Assembly: GCA_032718475.1 (NCBI GenBank) | Contig: JAUCBJ010003564.1 | Location: forward strand, 90,611 to 154,610 | Reading direction: 5' to 3' | DNA length: 64,000 nucleotides | DNA from: Nemertoderma westbladi | Lineage: Eukaryota; Animalia; Xenacoelomorpha | Shown here: positions 1 to 12,131 of the stretch, one piece after another | How positions within the stretch are numbered: the stretch's first letter is position 1 | How the letters are laid out: every line of letters begins with the position of its first letter | Position numbers and translations under genes: made by a program | The notes under the pieces: model-generated | Databases searched by the model: none | What the model was told of the DNA's origin: nothing | Seen by the model: the letters and a program-made list of their open reading frames with translations, nothing else

Positions 1-1006
1 CTTTGGGGAAGGCACACATTTGATAATGTTTCAAATGCTTTAATTCCGCTTGATCAATCTCATCCTCTGTCAGAGGTTGTTTCAATTTCTGAATTCGCTC
101 ACTATTGGTGCTCAATGGTTCTCTCAAATGTTCCGAATGTTTTAAACAAAGGTACGAAACGTATCGGCTTAACCACACAGTTCTTTTACAAATTGTCAGC
201 CAAGAGGCAGACGAATTTAGTAATTTGTCATAAACACTGCATGACTCTAATGCCAGCGACGGTTGTCCGCTAACCAATGGAAGTTTTGAATCCAAACCCG
301 CAGGTTTGGAAACCAAAGGCTCCATTGTGTCGGTCATTTTCTGTCCGTCACTTACCAACTGTGACTGTCGTCTAGTCTGTAAGGGTGGTTTTACGTCATA
401 ACTTACCCTTCCGGATCTAGTAGTCACGTAAGTCTGTTGGTCTGACAAGTCTCCGGGCCGCTCCAATGACTCTTCAGGCTGCTCCAATGACTCTTCAGGC
501 CGCTCCAATGACTTAAGTTTGGCTTTAGACTTTGACTTAGAGGCTTTCTCCACCTTGACTTCTGCATCTTCAGGCATCGGATTGGTCACTATCTTTAGTC
601 GCTCTGGCCAATGTTCCTGTGTCCTCGTTAGAAAATCAGGTCCATGCAACCAAAACTCCTGCGACTCTTCCTGACAGAATTCCGCCGGCATTGCACCTCT
701 CGAAGTTATGTCGGCCGGGTTCAACACTCCCGGACAATGTCTCCATTGTTCCTTCGTCGAAAAGTCAACTATCTGAGCGCGTCTATTGGCCACAAATGTC
801 TTTAGTGCAATATTGTCGGCCGCAATGTATACTAACACCAAGGGTGCGTCCGTCCAATAGAATAAGGTCAATGTCGTGTCTAACTCCTCAGTTATCTGCT
901 TACTTACCTCGACCGAAACTACTGCCGCCTGTAACTCTGCACGAGGGACAGTCATGTATTTGACCGGCATCATCTTTGATCTAGAAGTTACAAAGGCCGT
1001 CTCAAA
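1..1006 (-). pseudogene. BEL/Pao pol continuation: C-terminal RNase H and linker toward integrase, open to the window edge
   Basis: Manual translation gives FETAFVTSRSKMMPVKYMTVPRAELQAAVV...FYWTD...KTFVANRRAQI...WRHCPGVLNPADITSRG...FWLHGPDFL...HWP, with no stop seen before position 1. It is in a different frame from ORF 1002..3449. Confidence 0.88.
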
Positions 1007-3524
1007 CCCACTCTACGTCGGACAACCAAATTTTCCTCATGCACGCTCGTGCCTGTAATATTACCGGACTGATAAAGTTCATCGGGTCAAATAGTCTACT
1101 TAATGTCGATAAGCAAATCCTCTTAGTCAAAACTTTGTCTGGGCTACTGGGCTCAAATCTAACTCTTACCTGGAACTTATCTGAGTTCGGGTTCCAAGCG
1201 AGTCCCAGTACTCGCGCCATGGGGATTGGTTCTACCCCCAATTCTATGTCTCCGCTCCCACGATCTTTCACCGGGAACGATTCTAATAAGGCCTCCGAGT
1301 TCGTAGTGAACTTGGTCAGAGGAAATCCCCCTGTAGCCAAGCACTCCTGCAGGCCGTGAGCCACTTCTATGGCTTGTTCCGCCGTGTCCTTGGACACCAA
1401 TCCGTCGTCCATGTAGAAGTTTCTCAAGATGGACTCGATAACCTCTACTGGATACTTACCAATCTGGGCTGTTGCCGTTTTCTTTAAAACGAACAGCGTG
1501 CCATTCGGACTATCGCGGGCGCCAAATATCCTAACGTACATTTGGTATGTAACCACTGGGCCGGATAAGTCTTCATTCTCGTACCAGAGAAAGCGAAGGC
1601 TATCCTGGTCTGCCTTACAGGCTCTTACCTGGTGGAACATCGCCTCGATGTCACAAGTAAATGCGAATCGCCACTGTCTAAAACGTAACAGTATTCCAAT
1701 CAAATAGTTATTCAGGTTGGGACCATCCATCAACTCTGAATTCAGGGACATACCTCTATAGACTGCTGCACAGTCGTTGACTACTCGGACTTTGTCTGGC
1801 TTGTCGGGGTGAGTCACATAATGGTGTGGAAGGTAATAAGTCTGGTCTGTCACTAAGTCAGGGTCCTCTACCTTCCCAGCAAATCCCTTGGCGAAATAGT
1901 TGTTGATCTGGGCGCAATACTTCTCCCTAATGCCTGGATTCTTCAACAACCGAGCCCTTACTCCGTTTAATCTTTTCAAGGCTAAGTTGTAGTTGTTCTC
2001 CAACTTAGGAGGTTGTCGACGCCACAACATTCCAACTTCAAAATGTCCAGTCGGTAGTAGACGTATGGTGTCTTCCATCATCTCCAGCGACCGTTTCTCA
2101 TCAGTAGACATGGCTAGGTCATATCCACCGGGTTCCATTGCGTCCCTATCCAGCCATTCGACGGTTCTGGCTCCTGTCTCGAGGTCCTGGCGTATCAATT
2201 CCTTCTGTAACTCCTCCTCACTGTACTGGAAAATGTCTAGGTCTCGATATTTAGCCACCTGACCCTCCACTATGTCGGTATAAGTCAAAACGTTAGTCAA
2301 ATAGGTAGCGTGGGCCGCTGAACCAGACCCACGGGTCTGATAACAGTAGTCCTCGGGTTCACTATCCGTCCGGTCATTATGAAGTGGTTCCGACAACCTA
2401 ACATTATCGGGAATCAACTCCTCGTCCGACTCGCTAAAGTCACTATAATGGTCAATACAGGTTCTCCTAAACTCGTCTATGTCTGGTGGTTCTACTAACG
2501 GTGGTTGAGTTATAGGCTGTAATTCGTCATATCTGTCCATTGGCTTGTCGCCACCTGTAAACTCATAAGACATGGGTACTCTTGTATACCAACCTAATAT
2601 AGTCCTATGGGCATGTGGTCCATTGACATGTGGCTCAGCTGGTCTCGTTTCCCATATCTGGTGTGCGATCAGCTGTTCTGCACCAATCAACATAGAAACA
2701 TTCCTATAACCTACCTGGTGTCTGGGTATCCTGAGCTTGTCAAAATACTCCTGTGCTATGGGACTCATCGGTGGCACCTTACCTAACTGCCTGCCGAATC
2801 CCTTCATAGCTAGACACTTAAATCCGTCCAATGGCAAAGCTTTCCGTTCTTGTCGAGTGTGTTGGTCTCTCGGAAGTAGGGAATCTAGTTCTACCGAAAT
2901 TCTGTGTCCCTTGAGGTCACCTACCCCGTGCATAGACTTCAACTCTATTTGGATCTCCTCGGCGTCCTGGAAGCTAGAAACAGCTCTCGCCACTTCCTCG
3001 TCGATATAAGATAATGTGGACGCAGTGTCCAACATCACATATATTCGCTTTGATCCCTTATCGCCAGTAAGTTTCACCGGAATCACGCTAAATATTTCCG
3101 ACGTGGCCGATGATAAATACGTCCGCGCGCTGGTCGATGAACTATCCGCGGTGAAACCTTGGCAGGTCACTTCTCTCGCGCTCGACTCGCCATCCTCGTC
3201 CGACGAACCTGGTTGGTAACCATCGTCCTGGATGCCGGTATACGTATTCCTCCTTATCGATACGGGTTCTTTGCTCCCCTTCCTGTGAGGATTTCGCTGT
3301 AAGTAACGGTCCGTTGGGGTATGGAAATCCGCATGTAGCAACTTGTGATGTAGTCTGCCGCATTCCATGCATCCGTCCTTGCTGTTCGGGCACTGCCGCC
3401 GTACATGACCTGGCGCAAGACATGCCCAACAGGTGTCCAATGTCCGCACTTGAACTCTTCTCTGTTCCGAATTTAATTCTTTGAACCGTCTGCAACTATC
3501 TAACTTATGGTCGTCAGATCTTAC
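1002..3524 (-). pseudogene. BEL/Pao zinc knuckles, aspartic protease and reverse transcriptase; ends at a deletion/frameshift in RNase H
   Basis: CWACLAPGHVRRQC, CMECGRLHHKLLH, MLDTASTLSYI, YYLPHHYV, KVRVVNDCAA, DIEAMFHQV, FGARDSP, FYMDDG, RVLGLAWNP, FDPMNFISP. In frame with the upstream gag across a single TAG. Confidence 0.92.
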
Positions 3525-6500
3525 CTACTTTAGTAAACAGTATTGGCAACCTACAAATCCATCCGGCAACTCCTGTTGCTTTAACCTGGGTCTATCTAAC
3601 CGCTCACCTGACCATACTCGCGAGTCTGATCTAAAGGCTGGGGTACTCGAATTATATCTGTCTACTGAGTTAAATGTCACAGTGGTCCTGTCATCGTCAA
3701 AACTTACCATAGACTTACCGGTAACAGGTTTAGACTCTCTCATATTCTCCTCTGAGAAGTTTGATTTCATCTCTGCTACTGCGTCTGTGGCTATCATGTC
3801 ATGAATATGCTGAAGTGTCAATACTTTACCTTGGCCCTCCAACTTATTCTCTAATTTGCGCCATTTCTGTCGATAACGCATGTTTAAACGTCTTATTACG
3901 CTCTTTAAGACTTCGGCGTGATCACCATGATGAGGTAGATTCACCGTCCTCAAGATGTCCAATGCGTTCGAAATAGCGTTCGCTAAGTTCAACAGCTCTA
4001 ACGGAGTTGTAATCCTTCCGCCCTTACCCAAGTCTTCTACTATCGACTGCGCCATCTTGGTTTTATTCCCGTAGATGTCACTAAGCGTCTTCATTGCTAA
4101 CTCGAATGCTCTTTCATTGCCGACGAAGTTGTCAGCAATGGCTCTAGGTTCTCGATGGAGCATCTGAAGCAAATAGTTGAACTTCTCGTTGGGAGTAAAG
4201 GTGCTGTTGGTTAGCTGCTCGTCGACATAGGTTTTGAAAGTCCTCCAATGCTTATGGTTGCCCATAAACTTCTGGGGTTGTTGCGTCGGCAGTCCTTGCC
4301 TAGCAGCAAACTTACCTATGTCCCTAAGGGTTGCGTCGTTCCGGGTTAACAAATGGTTTAGTTCCGCAGGGTTGTTAAGTCTGGTCCTTTCCCGGTGGTT
4401 CCAACTTACCTGCTCCGCGTCGGTCCTTCTTTCCTTATAGTTTCGGGACTTCTGACGTCTCATTTCTTCCTCTTCATCGCTTGACTCGGTGTCAGTCCTT
4501 AGCGCTCGCGATGATTTGCGCGCCGAGGCCCTGATCCAAGCCTCCTCAATAAATTTCTCGGCCGAATTTTCGAAATTGGGATTATGAATATTCGGGACAG
4601 GCGTCCTTACCTGAGGTCTATGTGGTATAGTCTCCTCCGATATGCGTACTCGTTGACTAGGCTGGACTTTATCTAACTCAGGCCTGCTAGGATAAGAATT
4701 ACTCCTTACCTGGGCTGCTTCCTTTAACCGTAGGTTGCTAAGCATGTCCGTTATAGGTTGGATGTGCGGCGATATAGCTTGCGCTAAACTAGCACTTAAC
4801 TCATCCCTCGTAATAAATTCCTGGCTAGGGTTCTGTTGTATAGTCGGCTCTATCTGAGTAATCCGCTGTCTCTCATATGATCCCTCTTCCGGTTTAACCC
4901 GGAAGTTCTCCGTCGAACTGGGTCGGCGCTCCGTCCGCGTATTCCAAACCCGCGGGTTCGGTTCGCCAAGTACTCGTCCCGTTGGAGTTTCTTCTCTAAA
5001 TTCTTCGTTGTCGCGTTCGGTATATAGTGGTGCTGTGTTCCGATGACGTAGATTCTGCGCGATAGGTGAAGCACTAATACCAACTGGCGTGCGATATGTA
5101 GAGAACGGTTTAGCGATCCGTGTACTCGTAATAGCTGGACCGGGTATAGGAATTCTGGTCGTCGTCGACTCGCGTATGGTCGGAGTTCTCGCTTCCTGTT
5201 CGGCCTTCTGCAGTGCGAACAGTTCTCGCAACTCTGTCCCTACACTCGCCCCACATTCTTCGATCATTCGCATCCCCTTCTCGGCGATTTCATTCGCCTT
5301 CCTAGTCCGTTCTTCGCTCTCTAAACTTAATCTCGCACTTTCCAACTGCGCCAGTTTACGTTCTTCTTCTTCCCTCGCTCGTCTCGCTGCGCCCTCTTCT
5401 TCCACACGCGCCCTTTCTTCATACAACGCTTGTTGCTCTTTCTCGATCTCGAGTTCGCGTTCCTTGCGTTCGCGTTCAAGTCGGAGTTCGCGTTCTTTCT
5501 GTTCGCGTTCAAGTCTGAGCTCGCGTTCTTTCTGTTCGCGTTCTTTCTGTTCGCGTTCAAGTTGGAGTTCGCGTTCAAGTTGGAGTTCGCATTCCTTCTG
5601 TTCGCGTTCCGCTTGCCCACGCTTACCTTTCTCTTCCAGCTCGCGCAACTTCGCATCTAACTTACGTGTTCGCTCCCTTTCCCGCTCAGCTTCCTTCCGT
5701 GCTTCCGATGCACGCAAAACTTCCGCCTGTTGTTCGTCCAGTCGGCGTCTTCTCTCCTCCGCCGAGTTGTGCGAAACAAGGGATCTAGCACATATAACCT
5801 TACCTCGCGCGTGACTAACCTGGGAATCGCCACTGTCTCTGGATGCGTCGTCGGGTGGAGTCAACGTCCTCTGTTGGATGTTCTCCGTCGTCGGTAGCAC
5901 CTGGCCTGGTACCACCACTCCATTCTGCATCAGCCAGCTAGTAACTTCCCTCTGATAACGGCGCTCTTCTTTGTCTTGGATCTCTTCTCGCTCCACTAAG
6001 TCTCTCAACTCTGCATCACTCACCTGAGTCGCCTGCGTATGTGATGCCCATAGCAGCCAGTTCTCCGTCCTAACTCGTCGGAATCGCTCCGATAACTCGC
6101 GGTGCTCCAACAAGGCTGCTAAAACCCTGTCGTAAATCCTCGTCGCCACGTCGCTCGACTGAGACTCTACTGCCTTCTTCGCTAGGACTGCAAGCTCCTC
6201 CGTCTGCTTGAATAACGCTGAGTTATATCCTCTTCTAATCTCTACTAACTCTACCCTCCCGATGTTCGCTGAGTCAGCTAACATCTTCCTTACCTTGTCC
6301 GTCGTCCGAGTTATATGTCCGGCATGCGCGCGAAGTTTCTTCTTTATCGCAATATCAAGTTCTCTCTCGCTTACCTGACTCACACTTGGTGGACTTGAAG
6401 GAATATTTCGGGAACTACGGGTACTCCTAACAGCCGTCGGGACCACGGCACTTACCATACCCACAGGTCTGGAAACCGGGCTCCGGGCTCTCGCTTCTGC

Positions 6501-6770
6501 TACACTACTCTCCCTATCACTCACCTCTGTCTGGGCTGCCGTACAGTCCTTCCTTACAGTAGCGGTAGGGGATCCTAATACTATTACTTGAGGTTGTTGT
6601 TCTTCCTCACTAGTCACTGTCTCGTCCTCCTGTTCACTTACGTCAGCGTCGCTCGCTGCGTCGTCATAGTCGGCATTGTCATCAACAGTAATGTTTACGC
6701 TATCGTCAGTCGGCGGTCCAGCCGCCGTCTCATAGCTGTCCTCTAGTGCCTCCTTGTCTGAGACACTCAT
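3525..6770 (-). CDS. BEL/Pao Gag (acidic N-terminus, long coiled coil, DUF1759-like capsid region); N-terminal part of a gag-pol polyprotein
   Basis: 1081-aa ATG-initiated ORF. It has an R/E-rich coiled coil with REQKERELRLE repeats and the segment KFMGNHKHWRTFK...EKFNYLLQML typical of BEL gag. It ends at CQYCLLK-stop inside the first knuckle. Confidence 0.85.
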   Translation of the reverse strand: MSVSDKEALEDSYETAAGPPTDDSVNITVDDNADYDDAASDADVSEQEDETVTSEEEQQPQVIVLGSPTATVRKDCTAAQTEVSDRESSVAEARARSPVSRPVGMVSAVVPTAVRSTRSSRNIPSSPPSVSQVSERELDIAIKKKLRAHAGHITRTTDKVRKMLADSANIGRVELVEIRRGYNSALFKQTEELAVLAKKAVESQSSDVATRIYDRVLAALLEHRELSERFRRVRTENWLLWASHTQATQVSDAELRDLVEREEIQDKEERRYQREVTSWLMQNGVVVPGQVLPTTENIQQRTLTPPDDASRDSGDSQVSHARGKVICARSLVSHNSAEERRRRLDEQQAEVLRASEARKEAERERERTRKLDAKLRELEEKGKRGQAEREQKECELQLERELQLEREQKEREQKERELRLEREQKERELRLERERKERELEIEKEQQALYEERARVEEEGAARRAREEEERKLAQLESARLSLESEERTRKANEIAEKGMRMIEECGASVGTELRELFALQKAEQEARTPTIRESTTTRIPIPGPAITSTRIAKPFSTYRTPVGISASPIAQNLRHRNTAPLYTERDNEEFREETPTGRVLGEPNPRVWNTRTERRPSSTENFRVKPEEGSYERQRITQIEPTIQQNPSQEFITRDELSASLAQAISPHIQPITDMLSNLRLKEAAQVRSNSYPSRPELDKVQPSQRVRISEETIPHRPQVRTPVPNIHNPNFENSAEKFIEEAWIRASARKSSRALRTDTESSDEEEEMRRQKSRNYKERRTDAEQVSWNHRERTRLNNPAELNHLLTRNDATLRDIGKFAARQGLPTQQPQKFMGNHKHWRTFKTYVDEQLTNSTFTPNEKFNYLLQMLHREPRAIADNFVGNERAFELAMKTLSDIYGNKTKMAQSIVEDLGKGGRITTPLELLNLANAISNALDILRTVNLPHHGDHAEVLKSVIRRLNMRYRQKWRKLENKLEGQGKVLTLQHIHDMIATDAVAEMKSNFSEENMRESKPVTGKSMVSFDDDRTTVTFNSVDRYNSSTPAFRSDSRVWSGERLDRPRLKQQELPDGFVGCQYCLLK

Positions 6771-9150
6771 AGTCTAAATAATGTTTGCCTTCCGGCAAAA
6801 ATATCTCGCAAAAGTTCGAGATATAATTATAATTTAACCGAAAATACGGTCAAATTAATTGTCAAATAATCAGTTGGTCCAAAATGTCAAAATAAATTCG
6901 CAATGCAATATTGTGAATTTAATGGGGTATATAGTTATAGCAAATACTAGCACAATATTTAAACAAAAATATTATTATATAGCTACTATATAGTATTAAA
7001 TACCGGTATAGCACAAAATAACTTTGAATCTAATACAAAATATTCAAAATATACTTGCCGCCCGAATATTTCTAATTTTATACATATATAGCTCTAATCA
7101 ACGTAATTTTAATTTCAAATATTATATGTATCCACTAGCGCGTGGCTACATCTTCGGGTTGCGACTCTCTCTAACTCTCTCTCTAACTTGAGCGATTCAA
7201 AAAACCATGGCCGGCTAAACCTAAATATCCTAACTAATAAATTGAGTTCAGCTTCGCAGTTAAACAACCGATAATTTTTTACTGCTTCCACAAACACAAT
7301 GGTGCCAACAGAACAACTAACCTTGTTTGCTGTGAGATTCCACGTCCGCGTCCAAAGATTCAGGCCCTTCGCTGATTGCAAACCGAACCCGCAGACCCAC
7401 ACGAACCCCAAACTCAGAAGTTCCGTCTTGCCATGTATCTCCAGATGGTATAAAATAACTAAGCGGTTACCTAACATACCGGTACAAAACTCTAGAATTT
7501 TACAAAATAATTTTGACCGAAACTGAATTCTCGCAAACCTAGCTAATAATTTTCAAAAAACTTACTAATTACAATTGCCCTAAGGCCTAAGGAACTGCTG
7601 TATTCGCAATTAGTAAAACGCACTACTGTACATCCACTGTATGCAGTACAGTAAGTAAAACAGTACACCAACCTAACAGCCTAATGATACTGTGTGTGGT
7701 ACGGCAAAACAAATGTCCTTTCTACCGTACGCAGTAACAGCAATCAGCCTAATGTACTACTGTACTATTGTACGCAGCCAGTGAATACAGTAATCTAAAC
7801 TAACAGCCTAAAATACACTATGTGTTCTACCGTACGCTAGCCTATAGCCTACAGCAGACGATCACGTGCTCCAACTTATTACTTAATACTGTGATACTAC
7901 TAATCAGCCTAAGAATACTCTATTGACCGCTGCAAGCAACAGCCAGTAATACGCATATTACTGATAAACAACCGCGACCTCTATACTAACAGCAGAACTG
8001 TTGAACAGACAAATACCCGTTAATATCCTTCTGTCAACCTAATAAGTTCTCGTCTAACCAATAAGACACAAAGACTGCTCTACTGTTAAGTAAAGGGGAT
8101 CAGGAGCGTGCTATTACTAAATTGTAAGGGTTGCTAAATACAAAACCGCTACTTACCGTTGGATGGCGCTAATCTGCCGTCCGCTAATATATTTTACTAA
8201 ATTTACACAACTCCTGCAAAATCGCTTGTTCCTTTCTCTACCGATTGCTCGATAGAGAGCTAACTGTTCGAATCTATGAGCCACGCAAACAATAAACCCG
8301 AGTCGGCTCCCTGAGCTTACTTAAGACGAGTGCGAGAGGCCTTGCACTCAGAGTATTCTTACGCCTAATCCTATCACTATTAAAACACGCTATTGTCTAC
8401 GTCTTTTCTAATCGCGAATACTGGGGGTTCTCTAACGTAATGTGTGAATGCGAGAATATTTAAATAATCAAATGATACAGTAATTGTTTCTACGTGGATA
8501 GTACCGCTCTGGGTCTAAACTTGCCTGCCGCTGGCTTTAGGCCAGCAAATTACTAGCGTATTGTGCGTACCGAATAGTGCGATCTAGCTGATTGCCCGCT
8601 AATGCAAATAACCGCTCAGCGTGAATAGTTTACAGTACTCTAATTATTACCTTAGCTACTCTCCGCTATGCTGCGTACTAATTCTTAATTTTTTACTAAT
8701 CAATTACAGTCACAAATATGTAACAGCGTACTAATTACTAAGAGTTCCAGAATGCGTAATTCTAATTTATTACGCAACATGTTTCGCTAGTAATAGCCTA
8801 AATTGCCGTATTACTTTGACCTAATCAGTAACTAATTGTTGTAACTAAGAAATAGAAATCAATCAAAGAGAAAAGAGCGCCTACCTAAACATTCACAATC
8901 ATTGGCACACTTCAGTAACACACCAATCAGCGTCAGCAATCACAGTTCGCAATTATGCAGTTAACTACTGTATAGCCCACAATTATGCGACTCACTATTC
9001 GTACTCCACACTCAACGTTGTAATACGCGCAGGCCTCTCCCGGATACATCTAGGTTTCCTAACTAACCCGATTCCTGCCCCCCTAATACTAAATAGAGAC
9101 AAAACCTGGATCATCAGCCCCCTAGTTACTGTATCGGCGAATGATCTGCG

Positions 9151-10140
9151 TGTTACAGTGCAATTGCCCGCCCGCAACGGTGACCCCCGCCAGCGTTGCC
9201 CGCTTTGAATCCTCCGCTCTCCCCTAGTCGCTCAACCCCCCGATGTGCCCACCGCCCACTGGCACCTTAGCCCTCCATTATGCTAATAGCTACCGTAGCG
9301 GCGCATGCAAATCACAAAGTCTGACAGTCTCAGAAATCCCTTAGGATTATTGCGCAGAAAGGAATCACATAGAACCATTAATCAAAAGGTAGAAATCATA
9401 GTTCCAGTTGTAATTAGCAGTAATCGAAGGAATTAATTGAGAAACACAATCAAGAGTAATCGCACTAGCAAATCATTTCAAGAAATTAATCAAAATTAGC
9501 AAATTGCAGAAAATACGCTAAAATATCCGTCAAAGGTGAATAGAGACAGCTCAGCAAGTACAAAGGTGATAGCAGGTAAGGCTCTACCGGCACACCGCCA
9601 ATTTATAGGTGATCCGGATGGGGTGATGCAATAGGGTGACTCAATCGCTCTCCCATTGGCTCTCCAGTCCGCGCTAGCATTAGACCAACCTGGAAGCAGT
9701 TAGTCCAATAAGGAGGCCGGATTGTAGCCCTATTGCCCTCAAATTATTACCATATATGGTAATGGATCATGTTCCTGGCTGCTGAATGGCCAGGACAGCG
9801 TCCCTATATGCTAGCCCTATTGAAGCTAATATCAGCAAGCACAAAAAATCCAGGGTCCGACTAAACTTGCTACCCTGGAACTATCTACATATATCCTAAT
9901 ACAAAATTACGTAGGTAGGGCTACATACTATACAAAATGGATGGATTCAAAATATATGGGCGTTTCGATTTCCCTATCTAAATATCATTGCGTTATTATG
10001 CCTTATCTAAAATATTATGCTGCACAACGGACTAATATTACATACAGTATAACGGACTAATATTGTGTACAGTATAACGACTAATATTGCATACTGCATA
10101 ATGACTAATATATGTGGATACAGCGCCATATACCGTAACA
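9151..10140 (-). repeat. Putative 5' LTR of the BEL element (about 990 bp)
   Basis: Terminal inverted repeat TGTTAC...GTAACA (9151 and 10140). The minus strand has CCAAT near 9655 and TATAAA near 9603. Short degenerate repeats of about 27 bp at 10025-10110. The inner boundary is tentative because no clean tRNA primer site is seen and the second LTR is absent. Confidence 0.55.
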
Positions 10141-10424
10141 GGTCGAATTGGCATGTTGAACAATAATATTAATGTATTACATGTAATGTTGTTACCAAAA
10201 TTATGGAGTTAACGGGACATCCCAAAAAGGGAATTTTCTGCCCTCTCAGCCCAATTTTCTTGCTATTTTGAAAAATGAACGGAACTGCTGATAGCAATGC
10301 CCAAATAAAAATAGCTCTGGACCACTAATTCTTTGTCTTTGTAAAACCATTTTTTTTGGTAAATTTCACTCCTAATTCTGAATACAACAATTTTTGACTT
10401 CGTGCGGTTAAGTTCAAGACCACA

Positions 10425-12110
10425 AAAATCGGTTATATTGAAAAATATAGAGACATGAAAAATATCGAAATTAAAAATATCGAGTGTTGAAACATATCGA
10501 GAATAAAATATTGATAGTAATAATTTTTTTAAATAAGGGTTGTATGATAATTTTTTTCATAAAAATGTTCTAGAACAAAAAAAATGTGTTCTAGAACAAA
10601 AATATTTATTAACATTGGTACCGGTAGCTTATACGTGTTCTATAACATTGGTACCGGTAGCTTACACGTGTTCTATAACATTGGTACCGGTAGCTTATAC
10701 GTGTTCTATAACATTGGTACCGGTAGCTTACACGTGTTCTACAGTATAACATTGGTACCGGTAGCTTACACGTGTTCTATAACATTGGTACCGGTAGATT
10801 ACACGTGTTCTATAACATTGGTACCGGTAGCTTACACGTGTTCTATAACATTGGTACCGGTAGCTTACACGTGTTCTATAACATTGGTACCGGTAGCTTA
10901 CACGTGTTCTATAACATTGGTACCGGTAGCTTATACGTGTTCTATAACATTGGTACCGGTAGCTTACACGTGTTCTATAACATTGGTACCGGTAGCTTAC
11001 ACGTGTTCTATAACATTGGTACCGGTAGCTTACACGTGTTCTATAACATTGGTACCGGTAGCTTACACGTGTTCTATAACATTGGTACCGGTAGCCTACA
11101 CGTGTTCTATAACATTGGTACCGGTAGCTTACACGTGTTCTATAACATTGGTACCGGTAGCTTACACGTGTTCTATAACATTGGTACCGGTAGCTTATAC
11201 GTGTTCTATAACATTGGTACCGGTAGCTTATACGTGTTCTATAACATTGGTACCGGTAGCTTACACGTGTTCTATAACATTGGTACCGGTAGCCTACACG
11301 TGTTCTATAACATTGGTACCGGTAGCTTACACGTGTTCTATAACATTGGTACCGGTAGCTTACACGTGTTCTATAACATTGGTACCGGTAGCTTACACGT
11401 GTTCTATAACATTGGTACCGGTAGCTTATACGTGTTCTATAACATTGGTACCGGTAGCTTACACGTGTTCTATAACATTGGTACCGGTAGATTACACGTG
11501 TTCTATAACATTGGTACCGGTAGCTTACACGTGTTCTATAACATTTATAAAATGAAGTAGAAAATACTAGCTATTTTAAAAAATTAAAAATGTGATCTCA
11601 AACTAAAAAATGTGTTCTACCGGTAGAACTAAAATATTTATCAAAATTGATAGCTAGCACTTCTTCTATAATATTTATTTAAAAAATAACAAAACCTAGC
11701 TAGTATAATAAATCTGGTAAATGGGTACCCAAGGTGTATTAATGCCATTCACTTGCACTTGCACTGTTGTAACCCATGCACTGAAATATTGTCCCATAAT
11801 TCTAAATAAAATGCTCAAGCAAAATGCAATATTTTTACTCTCGTTATTTTTCAACACTCGATATTTTTCAACACTCGATATTTTCCAACACTCGATATTT
11901 TTCAACACTCGATATTTTCCAACACTCGATATTTTTACTCTCGATATTTTTCAACACTCGATATTTTTACTCTCGATATTTTTCAACACTCGATATTTTC
12001 ACTCTCGATATTTTTACTCTCGATATTTTTACTCTCGATATTTTCACTCTCGATATTTTTCAAGTCTCGATATTTTTCACCATTACCCAAAAATCACAAT
12101 ATTGACCGAA
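10425..12110. mobile_element. Foldback-like non-autonomous element with modular inverted subterminal repeats enclosing the 33-bp satellite
   Basis: AAAAATATCGAG-type repeats at 10440-10520 are mirrored by CTCGATATTTTT repeats at 11830-12080. A relic of the same family is at about 39335-39470. Confidence 0.55.
10611..11545 (+). repeat. 33-bp minisatellite, about 28 copies
   Basis: Unit ATAACATTGGTACCGGTAGCTTACACGTGTTCT, near-identical copies. Confidence 0.97.
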
Positions 12111-12131
12111 ACTATTCAGTGCTTCTTGTAA

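Larger units (their letters stand above)
1..10140 (-). mobile_element. BEL/Pao LTR retrotransposon (5' LTR, long leader, gag-PR-RT-RNaseH); integrase and 3' LTR lie outside the window
   Basis: Three consecutive Cys/His knuckles, protease MLDTAS, RT FYMDDG, and Pao-type RNase H motifs (TVPRAELQAA, FYWTD, FVANR, NPADITSRG, WLHGPDFL) in BEL domain order. The minus strand begins TGTTACGG at 10140. Confidence 0.93.

Noticed and set aside
5089-5814. Antisense Ser/Arg-rich ORF within gag
   Set aside because: It is the shadow of the repetitive coiled-coil coding region on the opposite strand.
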